From: Candidatus Neptunichlamydia sp.
GTDB lineage: Bacteria; Chlamydiota; Chlamydiia; Chlamydiales; Simkaniaceae
Assembly (NCBI GenBank): GCA_965233865.1
Contig: OZ247587.1
Coordinates: 320,001 to 384,000 of the forward strand
DNA length: 64,000 bases
Direction of reading: 5' to 3'
A model generated the notes under the pieces. That model had not been told where the DNA came from and searched no databases. It saw only the letters and a list, made by a program, of their open reading frames with translations. The translations under genes and the position numbers were made by a program. Position 1 is the first letter of the stretch. Each line of letters starts with the position of its first letter. Positions 47,806 through 58,185 of this stretch are shown one piece after another.

Positions 47806-48719
47806 CCTTGATCAGAGTTCACCATCTTCGGGGACTCTTTTTTTAACCCCTGATTTAAAGCTTCTAAACAAGAGCTTGCATCCAAAAAAGGACTCAAATT
47901 CCAGCCCATAATACGCCGGCTTACCCAATCAATAATCGCTCTTAAATAAGCATATCCTCCACATATTCTTATGTATGTGATGTCAACCGCCCAACAATCA
48001 TTTGGCTTGAGTGGTGGATTTTCCTTTAAGAGATAAGGATAAACTGGATCATCCTCATTTCTATTTGACAGCTTTCTTTTAGGATAAACAGCCATGAGTC
48101 CCATTTTTCTCATGAGCCTCAAGATTTTCTTTCTATTAATTTTTGTCGCCATTCTCTTGTTTAAAATCTCAGTGATCCTTCGATACCCCAAAAAACAATG
48201 CTTTTCATAGAGGTCTCAGATTTCATTCATCAGATCTACATCCTCTTTTTTACAAGACTGATAATAAATCGTAGATCTATTGATCTTTAGCAGCTTAGCC
48301 TTTTTTGCTATGCTTAAATTGCCTTTCAATTGTACTAGCGCCTGTCTCTCCTTTAATGGGAGCTTCCAAGCGCTCTCTCTAAAAAATCATTTTCAACCTT
48401 CAGTTTCCCTATGACTCTATGAAGTTTATCAACTTCTAACCGATGAGAGTGCTCTGGGCTCTTCGTTTCAAAAATTTCAGCTCCTCTTTCTTCAAGATCC
48501 TTTTTCCAGGCATAAATTTGACTGGAAGCCACACCAAATTCTTGGCATAGCTCTGCTATCGTCTTGTCTCCCTTTAAAGCAGCCAAAGCAACCCTAAACT
48601 TAAGAGTGGGTGAGTATTTACTGCTCATTTTTCTCCGTTTCATAAACTATCTTCTTTTAGTATATCCGAGACAGCTTATTCTCCTAAACACACCTGTCTA
48701 AATTTTGGAGAGCATTATA
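47806..48719 (-). mobile_element. IS3-family element, truncated (orfA 48353-48643; orfB with a nonsense codon at 48216)
   Basis: orfA YSPTLKFRVAL..GDKTIAELCQEFGV; orfB GYRRIT, YPYLL, PNDCWAVDITYI, NSDQG. Left end TATAATGCTCTCCAAAATTTAGACAGG overlaps the menE stop. Confidence 0.88.
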
Positions 48720-50040
48720 ATACGTGTTTGAAGCCTGAAGCATCTGTGGCATCTAGAAAGGATATAGGAACTTTAAATTTTGGAAGAAATAGGCTGAGAT
48801 AACTTATAAGTTCTTCCTTTTTTATAGACTTTTCACTTTCAATATATGCGGTGGGGCGGAATCCAAATTCTTCATCAGGGGTTGGGACGACTTGTGCATG
48901 GGTAATTCCATCAATACTTTTAAGAACTTTCTCAATTTCCTCTGGCTGGATGTTTTCCCCTCCACTAATAAAGAGGCGATCTTTTCTTCCTGTCACTTGA
49001 AGTCCGGAGGTTGGGGAATAAATACCTAAATCCGAGGTTGCAAAATATCCTTCTTCATTTAGAGGAAGAAAGAGAGAACCGTCTCCTTGAAGATATCCTT
49101 GAAAAAGAGTTTTTCCTTTTACCCAAATTTCTCCCAAGCTGGATATTCTCATCTCTCGGTAGGGAAGGGGGTGGCCTAAAGAAAACGAACCGTCTCCAAA
49201 GTGGGTAGCTATTTGGGAGCTCATTTCTGTCATTCCATAAGTGGGATGCACCGTCAGTCCTCTACCTGCTGCTTTATAATAAAGCGAAGGTGAGATCCCT
49301 GCCCCTCCGAGGAGTATGTGACGATACTTGGGGAGAGATTCTTCTTTGAGCAGGCGGAAAAGCTGCGTTGGCACCATTGAAGTGTGCGTGATACCCTCTA
49401 TCTCCTTGGACAAGGCAACACTTCCTCCACCCATAAATGTTCGAAATAGAAGAGCGATTCCTGCAATATGGTAAAGAGGAAGAGAAATCTGATACAGATC
49501 CCCTCTTTTAACTGGGAGGTAAGCGTTGGATCCAAGGGCACTATAGTAGTGATTTCCAAGAGTGTGACAAGCGATTTTGGGTTTTGAGGTTGTTCCAGAA
49601 GTAAAGAGGTACGTTGAGAGCGCGGTTTTATTTAGGAAGGATTGTCCCCTTTTTCTTCCTTTCACTGCGAGTTTCGAAAAGAGGATTTTAATTTGTTTGA
49701 GCTTGGGGAGATCTTCTTCATCGGAATGGAGTATAAAGGGGGCACGAAGCTCATCAAGCTGCTCAGAGAGAGTTTCTAGAGGATAATGGGTATTAATTGG
49801 ACATGCAATGGCTCCAATTCTAAATAGGGCGAAAAAAATGAGGGGAGTTAGAAAGGCTATACTTGGAATCAACGCGACAGAATCTCCGGGCTTAACTCCT
49901 TCTTTCTTTAATACAGAAGCGCAACCCTCAATGAACATTTCGCAGTCGAGATAATTCCATTTTTTCTCACGAGAAACAAGAGCCCATTCTTTGGGAGACT
50001 TTCTGGCATGAAGCGAGAAAGGACATTCAAACACATTCAT
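48715..50040 (-). CDS. menE: o-succinylbenzoate-CoA ligase
   Basis: Motifs FTSGTTSKPK, YGMTEMSSQ and GRKDRLFISGGENIQPEEIE; lies in the men operon. Confidence 0.93.
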   Translation of the reverse strand: MNVFECPFSLHARKSPKEWALVSREKKWNYLDCEMFIEGCASVLKKEGVKPGDSVALIPSIAFLTPLIFFALFRIGAIACPINTHYPLETLSEQLDELRAPFILHSDEEDLPKLKQIKILFSKLAVKGRKRGQSFLNKTALSTYLFTSGTTSKPKIACHTLGNHYYSALGSNAYLPVKRGDLYQISLPLYHIAGIALLFRTFMGGGSVALSKEIEGITHTSMVPTQLFRLLKEESLPKYRHILLGGAGISPSLYYKAAGRGLTVHPTYGMTEMSSQIATHFGDGSFSLGHPLPYREMRISSLGEIWVKGKTLFQGYLQGDGSLFLPLNEEGYFATSDLGIYSPTSGLQVTGRKDRLFISGGENIQPEEIEKVLKSIDGITHAQVVPTPDEEFGFRPTAYIESEKSIKKEELISYLSLFLPKFKVPISFLDATDASGFKHVL

Positions 50041-50854
50041 CTAGGATGACCTGAACCTTATTCATTTTTAAGCTCCATGCTCTTGGAAAATAGAGCCGAC
50101 CATTTTTTATTTGAGGTACCTCTTCAAAGAGGGATTCTTCGAAAAGGTGGCATGTTCCAAGCCCCATTGGTTTTAGTGGAATCTTCAACCGCAAAGCAAG
50201 CTTTGCGATTTGGTAGATCCCTATTTCACTCTCATAACTGCTGCTTAAAATAAAATCGACCCCTTTTACCATTTTTGGAAGAGGATACCCATACAGTGTA
50301 GGTTTGATGACGTGCTGCTTCACGTTTGGATAAGAAGATGTTTCGCCTTGTCTTAGCGATTCGTCTAAGGCTACTGGATGAGGAAATAGCGCATGGTTCT
50401 CGCCCTCTTTAAGAGGTTCCTCAAAATAATCAAGATGGGGAAAGTGACTTGCTAGGGTAAGGGCATCCTCTAGAGGCCATTTCTGATTCATATCAACTCC
50501 AACTGCCTCTAATTGTTCAATCTTTTGAACCGCAGCATCTAAAGAAAGATGGCCTATTTTCACTTTATCTTGGTTGAGCTGGCGCACAGGAATCGACTTA
50601 ACTTGTACCGGGTCCATTAGGTCGAGCATAGCTGCTGCACGCCCCCACTGAACGGAGGGGTAATTGGAGTCATTCCCCTCGATGAGGTCTTCTAATGCCT
50701 CTTCAAGGGTTTCCTTGCTAAACCCTGGCAATGGCGCAACTTCTCCCCATCCAACTTGCCCTTTTTCTGATTCGAGACGGATCAAAATCCCAGAACGTAG
50801 ACCTCCTTGAAACGGGCGGGAATATTGGTAAAGGGTCCGCTTCAAAGTAGCCAT
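50027..50854 (-). CDS. menC: o-succinylbenzoate synthase
   Basis: Motifs GWGEVAPLPGFS, KVKIG, DMNQKW, FEEP, ALDES and IKPT. Confidence 0.88.
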   Translation of the reverse strand: MATLKRTLYQYSRPFQGGLRSGILIRLESEKGQVGWGEVAPLPGFSKETLEEALEDLIEGNDSNYPSVQWGRAAAMLDLMDPVQVKSIPVRQLNQDKVKIGHLSLDAAVQKIEQLEAVGVDMNQKWPLEDALTLASHFPHLDYFEEPLKEGENHALFPHPVALDESLRQGETSSYPNVKQHVIKPTLYGYPLPKMVKGVDFILSSSYESEIGIYQIAKLALRLKIPLKPMGLGTCHLFEESLFEEVPQIKNGRLYFPRAWSLKMNKVQVILDECV

Positions 50855-51690
50855 CCCACGCAAAAAAAGAATGTGTATATTGTTTGAAGACGTCCTACTT
50901 TTGGGAATAGAGGAGCCATTGTCTCGGCCTTTCCTGCTTTAAAGACACTTCCGATTAAAGGTGTTCCTAGTGCAAGGGTTGTAATTGAAGGAAGGTAGTT
51001 TTGTTGAAAGAGAGGAATCAAAGCTGCACCAATCAAGCAGAGAGCAAACTCCCACTTTCCAAAACTTAGTCCGAAGCGGACTGGGAGGGTTTTCTTTCCC
51101 ACCTTTTGATCTTGCTCACGATCTCGCAGATTATTCACTGCCAAAATTGCTGTTGATAAAAGACCTGGAGGAAAGCCCGCTAAAATAGCCACAGGATTTA
51201 CCACCCCCGTTTGCAGATAAGTCACTCCAGCAACAGCTACTGGGCCAAAAAAGACTAGAACAAATAGATCACCAAGACCTAAATAGCCTAGTGGATGAGG
51301 GCCTCCAGTATAGAGATATCCTAAGAGAATAGCCATTAGCGATAAGACGCCGATTTGCCAGCCACCTATCCACGTCAAATAGAGGCCGACAAATGTTGCT
51401 ACCCCGAACACACTAAAGGTTACTGTGCGCATCTTTTCGGGAGATACGAGTCCTGCTTGAACCAGTCGGCGTGGTCCTTTTCGTTCTTTGGTGTCGGCAC
51501 CTTTCAAAAAGTCAATGTAGTCGTTGGCAAAATTGGTTCCAATCTGCACTGCGAGAGAAAAAATAACACAGGCCAGAAAAATTCCCCAGTCGAGGCTGCC
51601 TGATTTAAAAGCAATTACATTCCCAATCAAGACAGGAGACAAAGAGGCAATAAGCGTTTTAGGGCGCGCTCCTTCTATCCACATCTTCAT
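50842..51690 (-). CDS. menA: DHNA prenyltransferase
   Basis: Motifs [19 protein letters not shown] and VNNLRD...[10 protein letters not shown]. Confidence 0.95.
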   Translation of the reverse strand: MKMWIEGARPKTLIASLSPVLIGNVIAFKSGSLDWGIFLACVIFSLAVQIGTNFANDYIDFLKGADTKERKGPRRLVQAGLVSPEKMRTVTFSVFGVATFVGLYLTWIGGWQIGVLSLMAILLGYLYTGGPHPLGYLGLGDLFVLVFFGPVAVAGVTYLQTGVVNPVAILAGFPPGLLSTAILAVNNLRDREQDQKVGKKTLPVRFGLSFGKWEFALCLIGAALIPLFQQNYLPSITTLALGTPLIGSVFKAGKAETMAPLFPKVGRLQTIYTFFFCVGWLL

Positions 51691-52523
51691 GGGCGCTTAG
51701 GGAATTTTGAAAAGTCTGGTTTTCTTTTTTCTAAGAAGGCCCTATGTCCTTCTTGAGCCTCTTCCGACATATAGTAGAGGAGGGTCGCATTTCCAGCGAG
51801 TTCTTGTAGTCCTATTTCTCCATCACAATCGGCGTTTAGACCAGATTTTAAACAACGCAGAGCTAATGGAGAGTGTTCGAGCATTTTCTCGCACCACTCA
51901 ATGGTTGTTTTTTCGAGATCTTCTAAAGGGACAACAGTATTTACGAGTCCCATTTCCAAGGCTTCTTTGGCATTATACTGCTTACAGAGGAACCAAATTT
52001 CCCGCGCCTTTTTCTGCCCAACGACCCGAGCTAAGTAACTTGCCCCGAGACCCCCGTCAAATGACCCTACCTTTGGTCCTGTTTGACCAAAAATTGCATT
52101 GTCTGCTGCAATCGTAAGATCGCACACTACATGGAGGACATGGCCTCCTCCAATGGCGTAGCCTGCAACCATGGCTACAACTGGTTTTGGACATGTGCGA
52201 ATTTGTCTTTGAAAATCAAGGATATTTAGGCGGAAAGCCCCTTCTCCATCGTTGTATCCTGCTTCTCCTCGTATCGATTGATCTCCACCTGAACAAAACG
52301 CCTTTTCTCCTGAGCCTGTCAAAATAATCACACCAATTTCCTGATCATTTCGAGCATTTTCTAAAGCATTTCCCATTTCTTGGGCGGTTAGTGGGCGAAA
52401 TGCGTTGTGAATTCGAGGGCGATTAATCGTGATTTTTGCGATTCCACCCATTTTATGAAATAAAATGTCGGTATATTCTCCAGCAACGTGCCAGTTTACT
52501 TGTGTTTCAGTAGCACTGCTCAT
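51687..52523 (-). CDS. menB: Naphthoate (DHNA-CoA) synthase
   Basis: Motifs [19 protein letters not shown] and [12 protein letters not shown]. Confidence 0.97.
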   Translation of the reverse strand: MSSATETQVNWHVAGEYTDILFHKMGGIAKITINRPRIHNAFRPLTAQEMGNALENARNDQEIGVIILTGSGEKAFCSGGDQSIRGEAGYNDGEGAFRLNILDFQRQIRTCPKPVVAMVAGYAIGGGHVLHVVCDLTIAADNAIFGQTGPKVGSFDGGLGASYLARVVGQKKAREIWFLCKQYNAKEALEMGLVNTVVPLEDLEKTTIEWCEKMLEHSPLALRCLKSGLNADCDGEIGLQELAGNATLLYYMSEEAQEGHRAFLEKRKPDFSKFPKRP

Positions 52524-53185
52524 AATGCCTCCATAATGTATTTAGCACACTTTTTTGGGTTTTCTAAATGGATGGCATGCCCGCTGCTTGGGATCCATGC
52601 CACGGGAAATTGCTCCTGCAATCTCTTTCCAATCAAGCGATATTTTATATCATTTTCTCCAAATAAAAACATCAGTGGGCATAAAAAATCCTCCAATTCT
52701 GTCCATAAATTAGGAAGACGAGCTGGGCTAAACTTTCGGATCACCTTTGCAAGCATCAGTGGGTCATGGTGTCTTCTTTCTCGATTAATATGAAGGTCTG
52801 CAAATAGAGGCTGAGCATACCACTGATCTAAAAATCGGTCCATTCCCTCATCTTCTAAGAGTCTAGCCCATTTTTCATCTTGCTGAAGACGCTTTTCTCC
52901 TTCTTCTCCAGGATTTGCGGACAGGAGGATCAGTTTCTTTACTCGATGTGGATGTTTTTTTGCATAGTGCATCGCAAGGCGGCCCCCCATCGAATATCCC
53001 ACAAGAGTGACACCATTCCCGATTTCATTTTCAAAATCATTAAGATCTAGGGAACGCCCATTGTGCCCAGGCAGTGTCAAGCAACGGTACGGTGCATTTA
53101 GATGCTCAGTGATAGCTTCCCAGTCCTCCTTCACTCCTAAGAAACCATGGAGAAAGGTTATGCTATTTCTACAAAATACATTCAC
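52520..53185 (-). CDS. menH: SHCHC synthase (alpha/beta hydrolase)
   Basis: Motifs FLHGFLG, GYSMGG and GHAIHLENP. The current start (GTG 53185) is probably supplied by the upstream insertion. Confidence 0.88.
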   Translation of the reverse strand: MNVFCRNSITFLHGFLGVKEDWEAITEHLNAPYRCLTLPGHNGRSLDLNDFENEIGNGVTLVGYSMGGRLAMHYAKKHPHRVKKLILLSANPGEEGEKRLQQDEKWARLLEDEGMDRFLDQWYAQPLFADLHINRERRHHDPLMLAKVIRKFSPARLPNLWTELEDFLCPLMFLFGENDIKYRLIGKRLQEQFPVAWIPSSGHAIHLENPKKCAKYIMEAL

Positions 53186-53297
53186 AAACGCATCCTACTC
53201 TCTTTTATTCTCTCCCATCCTCTACCCTAAATAGTATCATCAAATAATCTACGCTGTCATCAAAAAGATGATGTTTCTTGAGGGGGTTGTCTCGTTT

Positions 53298-53809
53298 TGC
53301 ATTTGTCCTCCCTTTTGCTCCCCAGTCATGGGTGCCGAAGCACCTCTCTCCTATTTTTGAGTAACCATGCGTTTGGGGCATATCATGGGCAAACCCACTT
53401 TTATCGATGTATACAATCGGTTTTCCCAAGCATTCATACCTTGCAATCTTTTCTCTGAAGAGAGATCTCTTCTTTTTGCAAGCCTTGGGATGGTTAAGTG
53501 TTTTTTTATAGCTAATTCTTAGCCGCTTCATGGCACAACGAACACCTGAAGGGCTTACATTGAGACGATATGCTCGTTCATAGTTGAAGGCATCAGGGTA
53601 TTTTTTGATATCGCTCCATCAAGCGATCTCTTTCAATCTTTATTGCAGGTCTATTTTTAGTGCGCTTTGCCTCTAGCCTCTTAGACCAAAGAAATATGCT
53701 ATTTACACTTACACCAAAACGTTTTGCTGTCTTGGCAAAACTTAAATTTTCTGTGCTTCGGATCAACAGTACCTTTTTTCTAAAATCTAGCGAAATATGT
53801 TATTCAAAA
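53298..53809 (-). mobile_element. IS630-family remnant, copy 2, inside the men operon
   Basis: Near-identical to 39709-40067 and continues into the DDE domain (IVYIDKSGF...HGYSKIGERC...KGRTNA) before truncation. Confidence 0.87.
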
Positions 53810-53810
53810 C

Positions 53811-53960
53811 ATCCTCGAAGTCAAGCTCGATAGCAACCCAAAAATCGCTTTAGAGCAGATCCGAAAAAAGGAGTACTTTAGGCCCTACATTCACAAAGGA
53901 AAAGAAGTTGCTATCGTGGGGGGTAACTTTTCTTCTGAAAACGGAATATTTCTGAATAGA
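53811..53960 (+). pseudogene. C-terminal fragment of a PD-(D/E)XK nuclease domain (AAA-ATPase-like/PDDEXK_9 type)
   Basis: ILEVKLDSNPKIALEQIRKKEYFRPYIHKGKEVAIVGGNFSSE fits the EFK..ALxQI..Y...IGINFS pattern. Confidence 0.6.
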
Positions 53961-53972
53961 AGAGAGATCTCC

Positions 53973-55712
53973 TTAGCACAAGACGGCCGGAGTCACTCGA
54001 GAAGAAATTTCCTGTAGGTTTGAAAGGAGATCCTTGTGGATCGCAAGGTTTTGTCCTTGAAGAGTATTAACTTCGATAACAAGAGGTCCAGGCTCGCTTA
54101 AAAGGCCTATTAGGTTATCTACTGTCTGAGGGTTTTCATATGGGAGATTGAACAGTAGAGCGGCGTGTTTTAAAAGGTGATTTTGAGGAGTAGTGAAAAT
54201 CTCTTTTTCTTTCCCAATCGGAAGAAAATTAAAAATATCTCCGCCATTGTTATTTACAACAATGAGTTTTACTGGGAGATTCTTGAGTTGGGCCAGTGAA
54301 TTAAGGTCGTGCAGAAAAGCGAGATCCCCCACAAATGCAATCACAGGCTTTCTGCTCCCACGAGCAATTCCGGCAATTGTAGCAATATTTCCATCGATTC
54401 CTGAAAGGCCTCGGTTTCCAAAAATGGGCCCGACAGGTCTCTCAGGAGCAAAAAAAGCGTCGCCATTTCTAACGTTCATACTATTTGAGAAAAAGAGAGC
54501 AGCTCTTGAGGGGATATTGTCTTTAAGTGAATGAAAAAGAAGAGGTTCAGAAAAGTCATTATGTTCAACAAAATAGCTTTTGATTCCCCTTTTTGTAAGT
54601 TGATTAAGTTCTTTCCATGTCTCAAACCACTTTGAGAGGGGGCGTCCGGAAAAATAGAGGGGAAAGTGATCGAGAAAATGGTTAAGATCAGAAGAGATTC
54701 TGTGGGTCACTGAGTGAGTGGGATCCTTTCGGTCACTATGGGGAGAGACGTGGTAGTGAACTTTTGGATTTTTCGATGCGATCCAATCGGTTAGTTTGTT
54801 GGAAACAAAACGATCCCCAAGTTGCAAAATTGCCTCTGGAACATAATCTTCGTGGGCACCAATGGCTTTTAGGAGTAGGTCGTAGTGAGGGATAACACCA
54901 TATCCACCTCCGAAGCTGCGAACAGATGAGAAAACATCAGGGAAAATAGGCCATTGCAGTGCGCGTGACAAACTATAAATTTGTTCGGCCTCTTCGAAAT
55001 GGGTACTTCCACTGGCTATAATTAATCCTTTTTCATACTCAGAAAGTTCATCGGCAAGACGTTCTAAAGTAGCTTCGTCAAGCACTATTTTTCCAAGGGA
55101 AAGAGTTGTTTCAGCTGAATGGACAGAACGATTTGAAAGATGCAGTGAAACAGGGGAGGATCTTTCAAGATCAAGGAAGGGCTTACGGAACATGCAGTTG
55201 AGATGAACAGGTCCCTGGGATCCACTTAGAGCGTGACCCATCGCCTGAGCGATTGTTGTTCCAATATAACTTTGGGAAATTTTGCTGTCAGGGCAGGGAA
55301 GATCTCCTTGCCACTTAACAAAATTTGAAAAAATTTTTACTTGGTCAGTTGTTTGATTGGCCCCGCAGTCACGGAGCTCTGGAGGACGATCAGCGGACAA
55401 AACGATGAGAGGGACATGGTCATGATGGGCCTCCATAATGGCAGGAAGGAGGTTTCCAACAGCCGTTCCAGATGTTACAATCAAAGCAACAGGTTGTCTA
55501 CTCCCTTTGGCATAGCCAAGAGCGTGGTAGGCCATTCCTCTCTCATCATAGTGGACAAAGGTTTCTGAAAGGGGGTGGTTATCTGCAGCAATAGTTAAGG
55601 ATGTTGATCGGGCACCGGGGCTGATGCAAAAAGATCGGATTCCATGGTGAATAAGTTCTTTGATAATGAGTCGTGTCCAGAGTTCATTGAGGGCTCCTGT
55701 ATCAGTTTTCAT
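53973..55712 (-). CDS. menD: SEPHCHC synthase
   Basis: Motifs ISPGARST, DERGMAY, TSGTAVGNL, NRGLSGIDG, GDLAFLHDLNSL and NNNGGDIF. Confidence 0.96.
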   Translation of the reverse strand: MKTDTGALNELWTRLIIKELIHHGIRSFCISPGARSTSLTIAADNHPLSETFVHYDERGMAYHALGYAKGSRQPVALIVTSGTAVGNLLPAIMEAHHDHVPLIVLSADRPPELRDCGANQTTDQVKIFSNFVKWQGDLPCPDSKISQSYIGTTIAQAMGHALSGSQGPVHLNCMFRKPFLDLERSSPVSLHLSNRSVHSAETTLSLGKIVLDEATLERLADELSEYEKGLIIASGSTHFEEAEQIYSLSRALQWPIFPDVFSSVRSFGGGYGVIPHYDLLLKAIGAHEDYVPEAILQLGDRFVSNKLTDWIASKNPKVHYHVSPHSDRKDPTHSVTHRISSDLNHFLDHFPLYFSGRPLSKWFETWKELNQLTKRGIKSYFVEHNDFSEPLLFHSLKDNIPSRAALFFSNSMNVRNGDAFFAPERPVGPIFGNRGLSGIDGNIATIAGIARGSRKPVIAFVGDLAFLHDLNSLAQLKNLPVKLIVVNNNGGDIFNFLPIGKEKEIFTTPQNHLLKHAALLFNLPYENPQTVDNLIGLLSEPGPLVIEVNTLQGQNLAIHKDLLSNLQEISSRVTPAVLC

Positions 55713-56974
55713 AAAATCCTCATATATTGAGATATTTTATGCTCAAGTTCATCCCACTCCCTTGCAGGAGTAGATCCACTAACTAATCCGGTTCCAGCAA
55801 AAAGACGGATGTCTTCTTCTTCGATGAGCGCTGAGCGAATCGCAACAAGGTGATGCGATTGATTAGGTGAGATATAGCCGATAGGAGCAGCATACCACCC
55901 TCGATCAAAAGCTTCTCTTTTTCCAATTTCCATAAAGGCTATTTCTTTAGGAAACCCACCGACTGCTGGAGTGGGGTGCAACGCATTTATTAGTGACTCA
56001 TCTGAAAAACCCTCCTTTAGAATACCCTCAATATGGTGATGGAGGTGTTGAACATTGGGAGTTTGCAATACTTTACAGCTATCGATCTGTAAAGACTGGC
56101 AAAGAGGGGATAAAGTAGAAACAATTGTGTCTCGTACGACTTGCAATTCGTGCCTTTCTTTAGGACAATTTAAAAGAGCATCTTCTAATTTGGCATTCTC
56201 TTTAAGAGTCTTGCCCCGGACACGGGTTCCTGCAATTGCAGCACTTTCGATTCGATTATCCATTCTGCGGTAGAGGGTTTCAGGAGAATTTCCAATAAAC
56301 GTTTGTCCCTTTGAAAATTGGAAGGCAAAACGATTTTTCCCTTGAAGCCTCTTCAGAATCGAGTATGCAGAAGCTTTTTTCTCAGTTTCAATTTTCGTGC
56401 ATCTTGCAAGAACGACCTTTAAAGAGTCTCCTTGTCGGATCCCTTTTAAAATCTTGTTAACCTCTCGTTCCCATACAGGATAGGAAGGAGAGTCAAAACG
56501 AGACCTGAGCTTGTGAGAATCGACCAATGGAGTTTCGAGTTCTAGAGAAAGGTCGAGGGTTTCGGAGACGCGATTAATACAAAGGTAGGTTCCTGTGTCT
56601 CGTTTTTCGATTTGAACTAAGGGGAGAAAATAAGCACATTCTGGAAACTCCTTCCAAGTTTTTCTTTTCCGTTTCATAAAATCTTTCCCACCGAAAAATC
56701 GAGGTGCAGATCCGTCACTAAAGTGGGGGAAGTGATTGATTTTCACCGCGCTTCCAACTCCTGCAATAATTCCATCATGAGAGGTTTCAAAATAGATTTT
56801 TGGATAAAGAGTTTGAGCTTCAAGCCACGCAAAAAGATCATTGACCGGGAAAGGGATTTCAAGACGCATATGAGGGATAGTTTTTCCATTCAGAGTAAAT
56901 GGCACTGGGCGAAAGGGGGTGTCTAATAAAGTTTTAAGAATTTCAGAAGAGGGGGTTACAAGTCGTTGCCGCAC
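55709..56974 (-). CDS. menF: Isochorismate synthase
   Basis: Motifs KVVLAR, SPETL, AIAGTR, LHPTPAVGG and FDRGWYA. Confidence 0.93.
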   Translation of the reverse strand: MRQRLVTPSSEILKTLLDTPFRPVPFTLNGKTIPHMRLEIPFPVNDLFAWLEAQTLYPKIYFETSHDGIIAGVGSAVKINHFPHFSDGSAPRFFGGKDFMKRKRKTWKEFPECAYFLPLVQIEKRDTGTYLCINRVSETLDLSLELETPLVDSHKLRSRFDSPSYPVWEREVNKILKGIRQGDSLKVVLARCTKIETEKKASAYSILKRLQGKNRFAFQFSKGQTFIGNSPETLYRRMDNRIESAAIAGTRVRGKTLKENAKLEDALLNCPKERHELQVVRDTIVSTLSPLCQSLQIDSCKVLQTPNVQHLHHHIEGILKEGFSDESLINALHPTPAVGGFPKEIAFMEIGKREAFDRGWYAAPIGYISPNQSHHLVAIRSALIEEEDIRLFAGTGLVSGSTPAREWDELEHKISQYMRIL

Positions 56975-57690
56975 GGAAGTTTTTCTCCAACATATAGGGT
57001 TGCAATTCCAAAAGTTAAGGGATAGGCTTTAACACGGTAAAATCCTGCCTTTTTGATTTTGTCACAAAAGGCTTCTCCATAAGGAAAGGATTCGACAGTG
57101 TTATTCAAGTAGCGGTAGGCTTCACGATTTCTGGAAATCCACCCAGCAAGGTTAGGAAGCACATGACGCAAATAAAAGAGATGAAGCCCCCGAATAACCC
57201 GATTCCTAGGGAGTGAAAACTCCAAGATCATCACACGACCATAAGGGGTTAGAACGCGGAAACATTCCTCTAAGCATTTATCGACATCTGTAACGTTGCG
57301 AATGCCAAATGACATCGTGACACAATCAACCGTCTCGTCTAATAGGTTGATTGCTGTAGCATTCCCTTCCATTAAGATAATCTGGTGGGCATAGGGTTTG
57401 TCGATAATTTTTTTCTGCCCTCTTCGAATCATCTCCAAAGACATGTCAATCCCTAGTGCAGAGTTAACTTGTTTAGCCTTTTTAACAATAGTGATCAGCT
57501 GATCACCCGTGCCCGTTGCTAAATCAAGAAGGCGGACATCCTTTCCTTTAGGTAAATGGTGGATTAACTGTCGGCGCCAGTACTTATCAATTCCAAACGA
57601 AAGTAGGTGATTAACCAAATCATATTTTGGTGAGATTTGATCGAACATCTTCCAAACTTCTTCTCTAGATTCTTCAGCTACTTGATTCAC
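56956..57690 (-). CDS. ubiE: Demethylmenaquinone methyltransferase (UbiE/MenG)
   Basis: Motifs MFDQISPKYDLVNHLLSFG, LDLATGTGD, FGIRNV and AYRYL. GTG at 57690 has a GGAG RBS (the track starts at 57741). Confidence 0.93.
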   Translation of the reverse strand: MNQVAEESREEVWKMFDQISPKYDLVNHLLSFGIDKYWRRQLIHHLPKGKDVRLLDLATGTGDQLITIVKKAKQVNSALGIDMSLEMIRRGQKKIIDKPYAHQIILMEGNATAINLLDETVDCVTMSFGIRNVTDVDKCLEECFRVLTPYGRVMILEFSLPRNRVIRGLHLFYLRHVLPNLAGWISRNREAYRYLNNTVESFPYGEAFCDKIKKAGFYRVKAYPLTFGIATLYVGEKLPCGNDL

Positions 57691-58129
57691 AAAAACTCCG
57701 CTTAAGAATTCAACCCTATCAACCTGCTTTGAAAAAAACAAGATTATTAACAGTGGCGAAAAAAGATGACAGTTAGGTGTAGTAAGGCAAAATTAGGTCA
57801 AAACATTAGCTCTCCGAGTAAGGAAGTCATACTAAAGCTATGGCTGATAAAAGAGGGCTAATGTGGCAAAGTTGGAGCAAGAAAAAGGGCATTTTTTTCC
57901 GCGCTAACGAGGTGAGTGCTATATGCATTTGAGTCGGGGAAATAAGTATCCATAACGCATTAGAATATAGCGTTAAAATAAAGATCATGCTTTTTCAAAA
58001 TAGACAATAAAAAACATTCGTAAATCACTCGTGTTAAGGATGTAAGTGTTGTAAAACAAAACAGTTTGTATCAAGGAAAACTTTGTGATTTTAGAGTCCA
58101 TTTATATCGTGTTTCCTGTTATAATTTAC

Positions 58130-58158
58130 TTGCACTTTTGAACCAGTTTTTTTATAGT
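58130..58158 (+). promoter_or_regulatory. Sigma70/sigma66-type promoter of the dciA-gyrB-gyrA-tmk operon
   Basis: TTGCAC-N17-TATAGT, ending 27 bp upstream of the ATG at 58186. Confidence 0.55.
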
Positions 58159-58185
58159 GTGAAAAAGCAAGTAGTGTAGCGGTGG

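Noticed and set aside
47490..48191. 233-aa ORF as a genuine transposase-ATPase fusion gene
   Set aside because: It is a deletion junction between a truncated IS3 orfB (upstream nonsense codon, incomplete DDE) and a frameshifted traD fragment.
57742..58185. oriC or ncRNA in the long spacer before dciA-gyrB
   Set aside because: No cluster of TTATCCACA-type DnaA boxes and no convincing stable structure seen; divergent promoters explain the spacer.
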